Shown here: positions 1 to 14,400 of the stretch, piece after piece
How positions within the stretch are numbered: the stretch's first letter is position 1
Layout: the number at the start of each line of letters is the position of its first letter
Origin: Octopus bimaculoides
Taxonomy: Eukaryota
Reading direction: 5' to 3'
Assembly (NCBI RefSeq): GCF_001194135.2
Contig: NC_068983.1
Location: 36,014,150 to 36,078,149 of the forward strand
DNA: 64,000 nt
Made by a program: the position numbers and the translations under genes
The notes under the pieces: generated by a model
Database searches by the model: none
What the model saw: only the letters and a program-made list of their open reading frames with translations
What the model was told of the DNA's origin: nothing

Positions 1-677
1 CTTAGCAACATTTCATTTGTCTTTACATTTCTGAGTTCAAACTCTGCCAAGGTTGACTTAGCCTTTCATTACCTTTTAGGTGGGTTCATAAAACGAGTAC
101 CAATTGAGCGATGAGGTTGGTGTAGTTGATCAGCCTCCTCCTTCCAAACTTCAAGCCTGGTGACTGTTATAGAAAACAGGATGGTATACCATCCTGTCAC
201 TTGTTATATTTTACAGTTGCACATCATTCTGTACTTTATTGTACCATCTCTTGCTTTAACATGCATGTGTTTTTATGCATTTTAACTTGTAACTTGCTTA
301 CCAACCACATGGTTCCAGGTTCAGTCCCACTGCGTGACACCTTGGCAAGTGTCTTCTACTGTAGCCTCAGGCCGACCAAAGCCTGGTGAGTGGATTTGGG
401 AGATGGAAACTGAAAGAAGCTCGTCATATATATATATATCTACGTGTATATGTTTGTGTGTCTGTGTTTGTCCCCCCCACCATCGCTTGACAACCGATGC
501 TGGTGTGTTTAAGGCCCACGTAACTTAGCGATTCAGCAAAAGAGACTGATAGAATAAGTACTAGGCTTACAAAGAATGAGTCCTGGGCTTGATTGTTTTT
601 GACTGAAGGCAGTGCTCCAGCATGGCTGTAGTCAAATGACTGAAGCAAAAGAGTAATGATTTATTGTTCTGTTTTAG

Positions 678-2131
678 GTGAAAGTCACTTTAACGCCTAC
701 CAACAACCATACCTCTATTTCCAAGTCTTGTTCCTTACATGTCAGTTTGAAGCTGCTCTCGAGTTCCTCTCTCGTATCGATGCTCTACGCTGTCATGCTG
801 TCCATGTTGCTTTAGTATTGTTTGAACTGAAACTGTTACTGCTTCCATCCTCAACACAAGTTGCTCTCTGTAAGTATTGTTTCATTCTGCTCTTCTGTTT
901 GTGATGCTATTCTTTTTATATTTGAAGCAGTTCAGCTTTTGGCTGATAAATTTAGCTTTTTTAGGAAAAAGAAACAAAAAAAAAAAATGAAACTTGATAT
1001 TGTTCTAAATTTTTGTTTAGTTGCATTCTACAGAATGTTCTCTGCAGACATCTGTTAGTTACTAAGGTCTTTCATCATCAGTATCATCATCGTTTAACGT
1101 CCGCTTTCCATGCTAGCATGGGTTGGACGATTTGACTGAGGACTGGTGAACCAGATGGCTACACCAGGCTCCAATCTGATTTGGCAGAGTTTCTACAGCT
1201 GGATGCCCTTCCTAACACCAACCACCCCAAGAGTGTAGTGGGTGCTTTTACGTACCACTGGCACGAAGGCCAGTCAGGAGGTACTGGCAACGGCCACGCT
1301 CGAAATGGTGTATTCTATGTGCCACCTGCACAGGAGCCAGTCCAGCAGGCCTAAGTTTTTAATGTAAATGTTTTAAAACATGGCCAGCTCTAATTTGAAG
1401 CAGGAAAATAGCAACAGACTTACTGGTGTGCCATAAACCATGTATCTGTCTGTTTGTGGAGTTAAAATGCTCTAGTGTCTGCTTTGGTATGATTTCTATG
1501 GCGGGATACCCTTCTTAACACCAACCACTTTAGAGTGTACTTGGTGCTTTTATCAAGCAACCAGCATTAGTAAGGAGACCATGCAGCTTACAAGACTATG
1601 AACCCTGAGTGGGGGCACTTTGGGCTGAGCAGGTTTCTTGTAGAGGAGCTACTTGGTTATTCACATTTAGGAGAAAACGTGAAATGATCAGGTGGAGCTG
1701 CAAAGAACGAAATAGTGGTAACGTGGTCTCCAGGTGGCCTCTCAAAGCACTAGGGACATTTTATCTAACAAAAGGAAGAGCTGGAACACATTTGATCCTT
1801 GTGCTTGTGCCACATAAGACACCCATGCTGGTGCCATGTATAAAACACTGGTGTCACATAAAAAGCACCCAGTACACTCTGTAAAGTGGTTGGCATTAGG
1901 AAGAGCATCCAGTTGTAGAAACCATGCTGAAATGATAATTGGTGCCTGGTGCAGCTCTCCAGCTTGCCAGTTCCTATCACACTGTTCAACCCATGTCAGC
2001 ATGGGAAACAGATTTTAGATGATGATGATGATACTTAGTCAGAGTTGGCTTGATGCTAGATAACAGCAACAACTTCTAATCATGTAAATTCAGATAATTG
2101 ACTTTATTGATTACTTAGCTTTGTAGAATGA

Positions 2132-2171
<40 letters not shown>

Positions 2172-5100
2172 NNNNNNNNNNNNNNNNNNNNNNNNNNNNN
2201 NNNNNNNNNNNNNNNNNNNNNNNNNNNNNNNNNNNNNNNNNNNNNNNNNNNNNNNNNNNNNNNNNNNNNNNNNNNNNNNNNNNNNNNNNNNNNNNNNNNN
2301 NNNNNNNNNNNNNNNNNNNNNNNNNNNNNNNNNNNNNNNNNNNNNNNNNNNNNNNNNNNNNNNNNNNNNNNNNNNNNNNNNNNNNNNNNNNNNNNNNNNN
2401 NNNNNNNNNNNNNNNNNNNNNNNNNNNNNNNNNNNNNNNNNNNNNNNNNNNNNNNNNNNNNNNNNNNNNNNNNNNNNNNNNNNNNNNNNNNNNNNNNNNN
2501 NNNNNNNNNNNNNNNNNNNNTTTTCTCGAATAAAGGCAGTGCTCCAGCATGGCCGCAGTCAAATGACTGAAACGAGTAAAAAAGAATTATTATTATTATA
2601 TTCAAGTAACTGCCTGGAATCAAACTTGGAATCTTGGGGTTAGTAGCCCATGCTCTTAACCCCAAGATTCCAAGTTTGATTCCAGGCAGTGACCTGAATA
2701 ATGATAATAATATCGGAAAAATACCTTAGGAATGAGAACCCAGGTTCGAAATTCCCCCAAGACACCTGATGAAGGCTGGAGAGTACATCAGCTAAAATGT
2801 TGTGTTAACAACAAACAAGATGAGGACGAATATCCGTCAAATGTATATTATATATATATATATATCTATTAAAGTATTTTGTTTTGCTATGCAGTAACTC
2901 AAGATCCTGCAGATCCATCACCACAACGCCGACTGAACTTTGCTCGTCTCGTCATGATGTACACACGAAAATTTGAAGCCACAGATCCACGAGAAGCTCT
3001 CCAATATTTCTTTTTCTTGCGGTAAATTGCTATGTTCATCATCTCTTTTTCTCCCTTCCCCCTCTTATGATGGTTATAAATGAACTTCACTGTCATACAA
3101 GCAATGTTTTTTGTTTCCAGTTTTGTCTGATAAACATGTTTTGCCTTGGGGAAATATTACTGTGCTTGGAAGCAGTTGAGGGGTTGTAATGGGAAGGGCA
3201 TTTCTTGTAGAAAATCTGCTTCAACAAATTCTGTCTCACCCTATTATGCAATGGGAAAGTGGACATTAAATGATGATGATGATGATTATATACAAACACA
3301 CTCAATTACATATTTCATCATCATCATCATCATTTAATGTCCTTTGTCCATGCTGTCACAGGTTGGACGGTTTGACTGGGCTGGCACACTGGAAGGCTGC
3401 ACCAGATTCTAGTCTGATTTAGCATGGTTTTCTATGGCTGGATGCCGTTTCTAATGCTAACCACTCTGAGTGCTTTTATGTGCCACCGGCATGGGTGCCA
3501 TTTGCATGACACCAGGGTGCGGTTACCTGCCAATTTGCATGACACCGGTATCTGCCGCATAACTTTGAAGTTGTTGGGTTGCTACTGCAGGCTTTATCTT
3601 TACAGTGTGTTTTGTAAGAGAATTCAACCTGCACACTTGTCTGAGGTACTACATAGCGAGACTGAACCTAAAAACCTGTGGTTGGGAAACTTCTTAACCA
3701 CACAGCCATGTCTGTATCTAGATTTGGTGTATGATATCCATGACTACAGCTTGACTCCAGTCTATGCCATTATGGAATAAGGAATGGCAACAACAAAAAG
3801 CATGTTCTCTTTGGCTTATTTAACATCATATACTGTATTCACTAGTGGTCGATGCCTGTGCCCCCTGACTGGCTCCTGTGCCGGTGGTACGTATAAAGCA
3901 CTATCCGAATGTGATCAATGCCTGGGCCACCTGACTGGCTCCTGTGCTGGTGGCACATAAAAAGCACCATCCAAACGTAGTCGATGCCAGTGCCCCTGAC
4001 TGGCTCCTGTGCCGGTGGCATGTAAAAAGCACTATCCGAATGTGATCGATGCCCGGCCCACCTAACTGGCTCCTGTACCAGTGGCATGTAAAAAACATCT
4101 CGGAGTGGTTGGTGTTAGGAAGGGCATTCAGCTGTAGAAACATTGTCAGATCAGATTGGAGCCTGGTGCTGCCGTTGACTCTTCAGACCTCAGTCAAACC
4201 GTCCAACCCAAGCTAGCATAGAAAATGGACGTTAAATGATGATGATGATGATGTGTTTGTGTGTGTTACTCTTTAATGTCAACACTTGTTAAAGAATAAT
4301 ATGTATTCTACAAAAAGTATTGATAATTGATCAGTTTAATGTCAAATTGTTTTATAACTTGATATAAAAAAGCATTGATATGTCTGTCTGTCTGTCTACC
4401 TTTATTTTGTTCCTATTTTTCAAGGAATATAAAGTCATCCACTGAAGGAAACCTTTTCATGTCTTGTGTGACAGAACTTATTTTTGAAACTAAAGAGGTT
4501 AGTACTTAATCATTTATTTTGTTTGATAGTATTATTATATGCTCCCCTTCTTTTATGTCATTAAATCTTAAAAGGAGCTAACAATTTATCCTCTACTACA
4601 TGGTTGCTCAACCTGCTAGATATAGCAGCCAACTCTCCCTCTAATGACACTTTGTTATATTTAAAGCAGACACCTTGAATAATGTAGTTCTAGATACATT
4701 ACGCCTGAAAATAAGATGTACTGCTCATGGCTGAAATGCTGTTAGTCATAACTCTGCTTGATTAGATCAGACCTGGGGTTAAACAAGTTTCAAATTCTTG
4801 GTGGTCAATTGCAGAAGCATGATTGCTGGATTAAATATCTCATTGTATTTAGTTAACTCCCTTTATTTTCAGAGTTTCACACCAACTAGAGTTGCGAGGT
4901 GATGAAAAAAATGTACCAGTCACTTTTGGTGTTGGCTGAATCTAGTATACTCTCCTTGCCAAACTTATGGGTTTCGTGTCAAAGCTAGAAATCATTTTTA
5001 AAACTGCTTGGTTTTTAGTTTTGTCCTTTTATATGCTGAGCTCAACTTTGCCTTCCATTGTTTCATGGTTGATAAAATAAAATACCTGTCAAGTACTGAC

Positions 5101-8100
5101 GGTGATTTAATTGAATAATTTCTTCCTCCAAAATTTCAGGCCTTAAGCCTAGCTTAGAAATTATTATTTTGCTTTTAATCTGCTTGTTTGATATAGTCCA
5201 GGCACATGCCGTCAGTAATTACTCAGGCGCATGACTGAGTTGAAGGCAGAATTACTTCTGCTTTTATAGCGCATAAAGAAAACGTTGTTGTAAGAATGTA
5301 CGCAGCACGTTTTAATACTGGGATTGAAAGGCAGGGGTGAATTATGCCTACCTAATCTACAAAAAAATAAGGTATTTTACATTTTATGCATAGTAATCAG
5401 AGTAACCTTCATAATTTTATTGAATTAGGTGCATATTTTGCCATAAAAGAAATATGTTACTATCAATCTATTTTATTCAAGCTAGGCACTCCCTACCTTG
5501 CCTATCCAGGCAGTATGAACCTGATATAGTCGCGTGCCAAGTCATCCCCAGCAACTTAGAGGAATTGAAGATTAATAGATGTTTAGATGTAATTGAAAGT
5601 TTGGGAAAGGAAAGTGAGAGCAATATAGAAATACCATCATTCTTGGTACAAGGCTAGCAATTTTAAGGGGAGGAGAGGATTAGTTGAATGCAATAAACCT
5701 CAGTGCTTGACTGGTACTTTATTTTATTGACAAAAGGATGAAAGGCAAAATTGAACTCAGAATGTAAAGGACTAGAAGAAATGATGCTAAGCATTTTGTC
5801 TGATGTGTTTCCAGTTCTACCAGTTTGCCACTTTATCAATAAAAATAAAAATAAATAGGTGCAGGAGTGTCTGTGTGGTAAGAAGCTTGCTTCCCAACCA
5901 CATGGTTCTGGGTGCAGCCCCACTGTGTGGCACTTGAGGCAAGTGTCTTCTATTATAACCTTGGGCCGACCAAAGCCTTGGGAGAGGATTTGGTAGACAG
6001 AAACTACAAGAAGCCCATTGTTTATATATGTATTTGTATGTCTGTGTTTGTCCCCACACTATCGCTTGACAACCGATGTTGGTGTGTTTATGTCCCTGTA
6101 ACTTAGCGGTTCAGCAAAACAAACTGATAAAATAAGTACTAGGCTTACAAAGAATAAGTCCTAGGGTCAATTTCTTCAACCAACACACTTTAAGGCAGTT
6201 AAACAAGTAAAAGAATAAAGTTACATAGTAGACCAGTTCCATCCATCACCAATGTTCCTATACAAACATCAATTCTGGTGTTGTTGAATAAAACCAATGA
6301 ATATTTTGTTTGTTTTTGATTGATATTTTTCAATGATTTCTTTCCAGTTTGAAATGATGCTGGGTAAACTCAATCAAGATGGTATTCGTCTGGTAAGTTT
6401 ATCAAAGTGTTTTTGTCATTTAAATTTTTGTTAAGTGCTCTCTTTTATTTCTTTTCTTAAATAAATATTTGTTAATTATTGATGTCATAAGAATTTATAA
6501 GCCTCAAGAGAATGTGAAATTAGTCATTTTTGGAACAGTGTCTTGAAGCAGATAAAGCTATAAATAAACATGTAAATGTTAGGTTTTAAAAAAAAACCCT
6601 TTGGGTAGAAAAGTCAAAGGCTGCCAATGAGACATGGACCCTACAGGTGGCCTTTTTCTCTCCAAAAGGGATTTTTTTAACCCAATATTTACATGCTCTA
6701 AGGTGGCTAGCTGGCAGAAACATTAGAACGTTAGCACGCTGAAATGCTTAGTGGTATTTCGTCTGCCGTTACGTTCTGAGTTCAAATTCTGTCAAGGTCG
6801 ACTTTGCCTTTCATGGTTGATAAATTAAGTACCAGTTACGCACTGGGGTCGATGTAATCGTCTTAATCCCTTTGTCTGTCCTTATTTGTCCCCTCTATGT
6901 TTAGCCCCTTGTGGGCAATAAAGAAATAAGAAACATTAGAACGATGGGTGGAATGCTTAGCAGTATTTCACCTGTCTTGACATTCTGAGTTCAAATTCTG
7001 CCATGGTCAACTTTGCCTTTCATCTTTTTGGGGTTGATAAATTTATAGCTTTATCAACTTCAAGCTACACTGTTCCAAAAAAAAGGAATAGTTATGTTTT
7101 CTTTGAATTAAATTTCATTCAAAATTTTAATGATTAAGTCAAGACTTCTTTTCCCTTCTCTTTGTAGCCTGGAGCAATCGACAAATTCCAAGCTGACAGT
7201 GAAGACATTATAAAATTAGTGGCAAAAAGTACCCAGGATAAAGGTTTCTTTGAAGAAGCTGTTAAATTATATGACTTAGCACATGTAAGTTATTTCTACC
7301 TGAGTCTTTTAATTTCTCAATACATCTTGAATCATCTTACAGTCTAAGACGATGGTGATGAGAACTGACACCTAAGTTAACATGTTCAAGAAGGTGAATA
7401 GAAGAGAGAGTGTGGTGACAGAAGAACCAAAAGAAGGTTGGGTAAAGGTTGGAAGTATGTGTGTGTGTGTGTGTAAGAGAGAGATGGGAGTGGATGATGT
7501 ATATAAATGGAAAATGTGGTGATCAGATGTAAATAACTGTTCAATTTCACTAGAATGTTTCTCGTGCCATTCAGTAACAACTTTAGCTGTGTGATTTGGT
7601 GCATTATCATCCTGAAAGATTGTGTTTCCCTCCGGAAATAGTTCTGCAACGACAGGATGAATTTGACCAGATAAAAGGCTTAAATAGCCTTGACTATTAA
7701 TTCTGCCATGAAGGGAAACCATTGGGCTGGCAGATTTCCAAGCTTTAGCCCACCAGATCATCACAGATCATCCTCCATGTTTAACAGTTGGAAGAAGGTC
7801 AGTGGTTGGAAATAGAGTAAAGGATGACTTGTTCGAGAAAATAACAGTCTTCCACTGCTCTAGGAACCAATTCCGTAGGTTTTTACTCCACTCTAAATGC
7901 TTTCCAACGTTTGATTTTGAAAGTAGTGGTTTTCTGATTGCAGCCCTCCCATGGAATCCGGCTTTGTTCAGCTCCTGGCGAACAGTTTTTGTGGAAACTG
8001 GGTTCTTGAGGTGGTCATTAAGCTCTGCAGTAATTTTGGGAGCTGTGCTTGTCTGAAAGTTTTGGTTTTCTTCCAGAGTTTTGTTTTGACAAGGAGGTTT

Positions 8101-8421
8101 TTCCCTCTTTCTCAAAGGCTGTCATTACTTTCGAAACAGTACTTCTTGATACACCAAACATTTCAGCTGTTTTCATTACGCTAGCACCTGCCATACGAGC
8201 ACCAACAATTTGACCCCTTTGAAAGTCCGATAGATCTGTCATTTTAATGAATTTTAATTACCTTTTCCTGATGATATCTGAAAAGAAAAAGCAATTTTAG
8301 CAAAACATATTAAGCAACACTAATAATAAATAAAAAAAACATAAAAATAAACAAGCTTTTGATGATTGTATAGATATTTCAAAATTATGATGCTAAGTGT
8401 TTCCATTATTTTGTCCAACCC

Positions 8422-8470
<49 letters not shown>

Positions 8471-11400
8471 TGCACACAAGTTTTATTTTCTGGTTGATGC
8501 TATTCTCTGTCATAAAGCATTTATGAAATGCTTCAGATTATTGGTAAAAACTGTAAAGGATATTTTGACCTTAAACACTGGAAAACCAATACCAGTTAGA
8601 TACCAGTATTGATTAAATAAGCTCTATTTTGTCCTGTAAAATTTTAGTCTTGTGCTTTCTTGAAAGAGATCATTATATTAAATTACCATTGCAAAATGTG
8701 AAATAATTATTTTTCAGTCACATGATCAAGTGATGATTTTATTAAACAAACTGCTGAGTGATGTTGTTTCCCAACCTAATTTACCACAGTCCAACCGAGA
8801 AAGACTCCGAGCTTTGGCATTAGACATTGCCCAACGGTAGGTATTAAAGCTTCTTTTAATGTTTCATATTAGGGTCCACCACTCCATTGTAATATATCCA
8901 TTTCCAAGTAGATTCTCTAGTCCTGTTGCAGACAGCTGCTCTAGTACCCTGTCCATGTTGTAAAGTTTTGGCAATAGGAAGAGCATCTAACTGTTAATAA
9001 AAAAAAGAAGAAAAAAAACTCTGCCAAAACATGACATACACTCAAAAAGCAGGTGGTGGTTTCTTTTTATACTGCTCTGTGTGTGTGTGTGCCAGATGGC
9101 GAAAGACCATGGCAAGATGCAATGAGAGCTTTGCAAGCAGTAAAATTAGAAGAGACAGAGGTAAGAAACTTTGTTTGTGAACTGGAGTTTGAAGGCTGAT
9201 CTCAAAATGCTGAGCCTTATGAAGGAAATGACAAAGGACAGAGATATGTGGTGCATTGCTGTATTCAAGAAGATAAGCCCATCACAACAGAATTGATATC
9301 TTAAAACCACAGTGGTACTTTAAAAAGCATTGGTGGTGGTACCATGTAAAAAAAATTCTGGTGCTGGTGCTACATAAAAAGCATTGGAGATGGTGCCATA
9401 TAAAAAGCACTGGTGATGGTGCCACGTAAAAAGTACTGGTGATGGTACCATATAAAAAGCACTGGTGATGGTACCATGTAAAAAGCAGCCGGTACATTAA
9501 AGTGGTTGGCATTAGGAAGGGCATCTAGCTGCAGAAACCATGCCAAAGCAAACTGTGGAACCTGGTGCAATGCCTGGCCTTGCCAGCTCCTTTCAAGTCA
9601 TCCAACCCATGCCATTAATGATGATGATGATGATGGTGAGTGAAGGCCACTGAAGTAGAATTAGAAGAGATAGAGGTAAGAAACTGATTCTATGAATCGG
9701 TGATTGGTGTGCGTTAGTAAGTGAAGGCCTTTATCAATCAAATAGCTTTTAGCTGATGTGTGTGTGTGTGTGTGTGTATTGGGCAACAGTAACAATCTTC
9801 AGTTTATGAGTACAGTACTTTAATCTTTTCTTAACATGAGCAGAAGTTTCATTGTAAAACATTTGCATTTGTGCTTGCTTTTATCTGATTAAAAAAAAAA
9901 AAGATGTCGGTATTCGGTATCTATTTTTCTACACCAACCAGCACAAGTGATGATTTCTACACTTACCACTTCACACACACTCAAATGCTCATGTGTATAT
10001 ATGAGCGTGTGGAAGAAGCAGGGTGGTAAACATTTTACAATTGGATGCTTTTTCTTAACCACTAACTTTCCTAACTGTAAAGTAGGAGTAGAATCTGCTA
10101 AAGCAAGCAGTCTGAAGCACACATACAATTTCTTTAATTAGTCATGTGATTTCAACCAATCACTAATTTGTAACTCCCTTACTGAGAATTATTGACATCT
10201 GATTACAATGAACTTTATTAAATTAGATGATTAAGAAGTAGATTTATATTGATTTTTTTTTTTCCTATTTTAGTTTTCATTTTATTTTAACATTTTTAGC
10301 TGAGCTGTAAAAATAATTGTAAATATCTATAAGTGAATTACAAAATTTGTAAAAAATTAGATTTTCATTAAATTAGTCTCTTTAATTCTAGTTTTTCAGG
10401 AAATGAATATTTTTTTTTTATTAAAGTCTGCTCTCTATTATGTGTGTATATATATATGTGTGTGTGTGTGTGTAATTTGATTTACAAGAAATTGGAATAT
10501 TTGTGTGTATGTGATAGAACTAAAGCCATATTAAATAATGGTAAATTTTTGAGAATGGCTTTAAGAGCAACACACTATTTTGGATAAATATCATGACAGA
10601 ATATGAGTGATGATTGACTATAATTAATTTTATTAATTGTATGATTGGAAAAACTATTTTGATTTACAAACTTTTTTTTTTTAAAGTTATAAAGGTAATG
10701 GTTAACAAAAGTTGTGAAAAATTCAATTGGAAAAACTTTTCACTTTGTTTTTTGTTTCTTTAATGAATATTCTTAGGTTAGAGAATGGTTAAGATTCCTT
10801 CCTATGGAAAAGGTGGCAGTTAGTGTATTGACTAAAAAAAATGTATGAGACATTTTGGTTGAAAATATCTTGACTAAAATTTAAGATGTTGATGTTTTGA
10901 GTAAAAGATAGTTACAAGCAAAGCTGTGCAGTTAAGTCCACTTTGTAATCACATGGTTTCAGGTTCAGTCTCACTGTACAGCATCTTGGGCAAGACTCGT
11001 CTGCTATAGCCCTGAGCCTTGTGGTGAATTTATTAGACAGAAATTGCAAAGAAGCTTGTCACATGTGTGTATGTGTCATCATCATAGATCTGCTTTCCAT
11101 CATGGCAGGGGTTGGATCAGAACTGGTGAGCTGCAAGGATGTGTTGAGTTCTAATCTCAGCTTTGGTTTTGTTTCTACTCTGGATGCACTTCTCAATACC
11201 AATGTGTGTGTGTGTGTGTGTGTGTGTCTGTGTGTACCATCATCATCATCCTCATCGTTTAACATCCACTTTCCATGCTGGTATGGGTTGGATGGTTTGA
11301 CTGAGGACTAGCAAGCTAGATGGCTGCACCAGGCTCCAATCTGATCTGGCAGAGTTTCTACAGCTGGATGCCCTTCCTAACGCCAACCACTCTGAGAGTG

Positions 11401-14400
11401 TAGTGGGTGCTTTTATTTGCCACTGGCACGAGGGCCAGTCCGGCGGTACTGGCAACGGCCATGCTCAAATGGTGTTTTTAACGTGCACTGGCAATGACCT
11501 CGCTCGAATGTTGTTTTTCATGTGCCAGTAAGGCAACGCTCGAATGGTGCTTTCTACATGTCACTGGCACGGGAGCCAGTCAGTGGCCCTGGCAACGATC
11601 ATGCTTGAATGATGCTTTTAGCGTGCCACTAGCATAGATGCCAGTCATGGGGTGTTGTCATCGAATTTGATTTCAGTTATATATATATTTCTGTCTACAA
11701 GTACTTGGTGACCCTGTCAGTGCAGGTGCCACTTAAAAGCACCTAGTCCACACTGTAAAGTGGTTGGTATTAGGAAGGGCATCCAGCTGTAAAAACCTTG
11801 CCAAAACAGTCACAGAAACCCGGTGCAGGCTTCTGCCTGGCCAGTTCTTGTAAAAACCATCCCACCCATGCTAACATGAAAGACGGATGTTAAACGATAA
11901 TGATGATGAACAAGGGATTGCTGAAAGGTTCCTGGTTTTAAGGGTATTGTGAAATGCCTGGTTGGAGGCCCAACCTTCCAAGTTCTTTTACAAGGCTTAG
12001 AAAAACTGAAGGACCACTGCAATAAGTGTGTGAATCTGAGAGGTGAATATGTTGAACAAAATCGTAATTAACTGATCCTCCTGTATTTTCTTTTACCCAA
12101 AGCCAGGAACTTTTCAGCCCCCCCCCTCTCTCTCTCTCTATATATATATGCATGTATGTGTGTTGTTTTTCTTTACAGATACCAGTCACTTGGACATAAT
12201 GCAACAAGGGATAATACCAATACTTTCTTCCTCATGTTAGACTTGATGACCTTCTTTGACCAATATCACAGTGGCAACCTCTCTGGTGCCTTGGAGGTTT
12301 GTCTTTGTCTTAATCTCTCTTCTATGAACTGAAGTGAAGTATCTTTCCATCTCTAAGCCTGAACAATCAACAAACTTAATCCTTTTGTTATCATACTTCT
12401 ATTGAAATATGCTGCCTTTGATTCAATTAATTTTAAAAATAATGAAGAATTTATCACAAAGATCAGTGCAGACATGTCTATGCTGCAAGAAGTTTGCTTC
12501 CCAACCACATGATTGTGGGTTCAGTCCCATTGCATGGCACCTTTGGCAAATTCTTCTGCCATTGCTCTAGGCTAGCCAGAGTCTTGTGAGGGGGTTTAGT
12601 AAATAGAAACTTAAAGAAGTCTATCATGTGTGTGTGTATATGAATATATATAAGTAAATAAATGTATATATGTGAATGTGTGTGTTTGTGTCTTTTTGTC
12701 CTGTCATCACATGATGGTTGTAAAATGATTTGTCACTATCATCCTTTCAAGTGTTGGGACTCATGGAGCCGAGGTGGCTGAGTTCCTTTTGAGCATTGGG
12801 CCTCATGGAGGCAAAGTGGCAGAGCTCCTTTTGAGTGTTGGGCCTCACTGAGACAATGACCAAGAGCTTTGTCATTGTGTCTTGCTTGAAAAGAAGACCC
12901 ATCAAGCTGAGTAAGATTGCAGTCGTGGCAGATACTGGTGTCACACAAATTCGTACATGTGCTGGTGGCATGTAAAGCCACCCTGGTGTCACGCAAGTGG
13001 CACCCATACCTGTGGCACATTACAAGCACCCATTACATTCTTGGAGTGGTTGGTGTTAGGAAGGGCATCCAGCCATTGAAAACTATGCCAAATCAGACTG
13101 GATCCTGGCGCAGCCTTCCAGCTTGCTAGCCCAGTCAAACTTTTCAGCCCATGCCAGCATGGACAACAGACGTTAAATAATGATGATGATACAAGCAGTA
13201 TTATTCATTTCCAATGTCCTGCATCAGGAAATATTACCTTGCTTGGAGACAAGTCAGAGTTGGTAACAGGAAAGAGATCTGGCTATAGAAGATCTGCCTC
13301 TAAGCAAGCATGGAAAAAGTGGACGTTAAAATGACGATTTTATCATAGTTTAAGCTGGTGTTTAGAACCAAATTATCGAAGAAATTTTAATGGAAGGTTG
13401 CAATTTTGGATAATTTCAAAAAATCTGTCTCGACTTTTTATAACTCTGTTAGAAGAACATTGGTGAATTAGTACCTGTAATATACTAGAGGTAGTTATTT
13501 GTTACCTAATCAAATTAATCTTTATCCTTCCAGGTGATTGGAAAATTGAAAGTTGTTCCGTTAGAAGTTGATTGTGTAAAAGACAGCATCACCAATTTCA
13601 ATTATTTCTCAGATGAGGTAAAATACTTTTGTGAATCATTAAAAAGCAATCTGACATACGTTCACCATAGTTTTATTGTTATTTCAATATCATTCTTTCT
13701 TTTTCATACAATATGTCATCTTTCTAACTACCTATTTATTTATTCTAGATTCGCAAATGTTTACCAGATATCCTATTAGCTACAATGCAAATCCTTAATG
13801 CCATTTACCGACAAACAAGGTAAGTTTGCATTTTTAATAACTGGCCTTGTATTTGTATTTTGTGTTTTCTTTAGGAACAGGCATAGCTGTGCGGTAAGAA
13901 GCTTGCTTCCCAACCACGTGGTTCCGAGTTCAGTTCCACTGTTTGACACTTTGAGTAAGTGTCTTCTACAGTAGCCCTGGGCCAACCAAAGCCTTGTAAG
14001 TGGATTTGGGAGGTAGAAATTGTAAAAAACCTGTCACGCATGTGTCTTCTTTTCCTGACATTGCATAATAATTATAAAATGAATGTCACTGTCATACAAA
14101 CAATGTCATTCCTTTCCAATCCTCTGCAAAAACATGTCTGGCCATGAGGAAATGTTACCTTGCTTGGAAATAGACAAGGCATCAGGTATAGAAAATATGC
14201 CTCAATAAACTCCATACAAGCAGGGGATTCTTCATGGAGACTGAAATGAATTTGAAGGGAGGAAGGTTGTGAGATTGGGAAGAGAATTTCTTTATTACTG
14301 GTTTTAATGTAAAACCATCTTGTCACAAACGTTTATAACATTATATCCAATTTTTATAAAAACATAACATTCAAAACCTTTCGCAATAAATCACAAAGAG

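Noticed and set aside
2111-2665. Long ORFs at 2111-2665, 38748-39428 and 62229-62831
   Set aside because: They are open only because they cross N gaps and (TA)n/(CA)n microsatellites.
4873-4940. Exon-like acceptor (TTTTCAG) and a C/D-box-like pair (GTGATGA 4899, CTGA 4936) in a Nup93 intron
   Set aside because: Nup93 exons 4425-4497 and 6348-6392 already join collinearly; the C-to-D span of ~40 nt is too short for a snoRNA and there is no terminal stem.
5180-5660. Unique CpG-containing stretch with small hairpins in a Nup93 intron, considered as a possible ncRNA
   Set aside because: No box motifs or coherent fold could be supported by eye; an Infernal/Rfam search is needed.
9322-9490. CRISPR-like repeat-spacer look of the 26-bp and 66-bp arrays
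   Set aside because: The spacers are mutated copies of one another, the arrays sit inside LINE 3' UTRs in a eukaryotic intron, and no cas genes are present.
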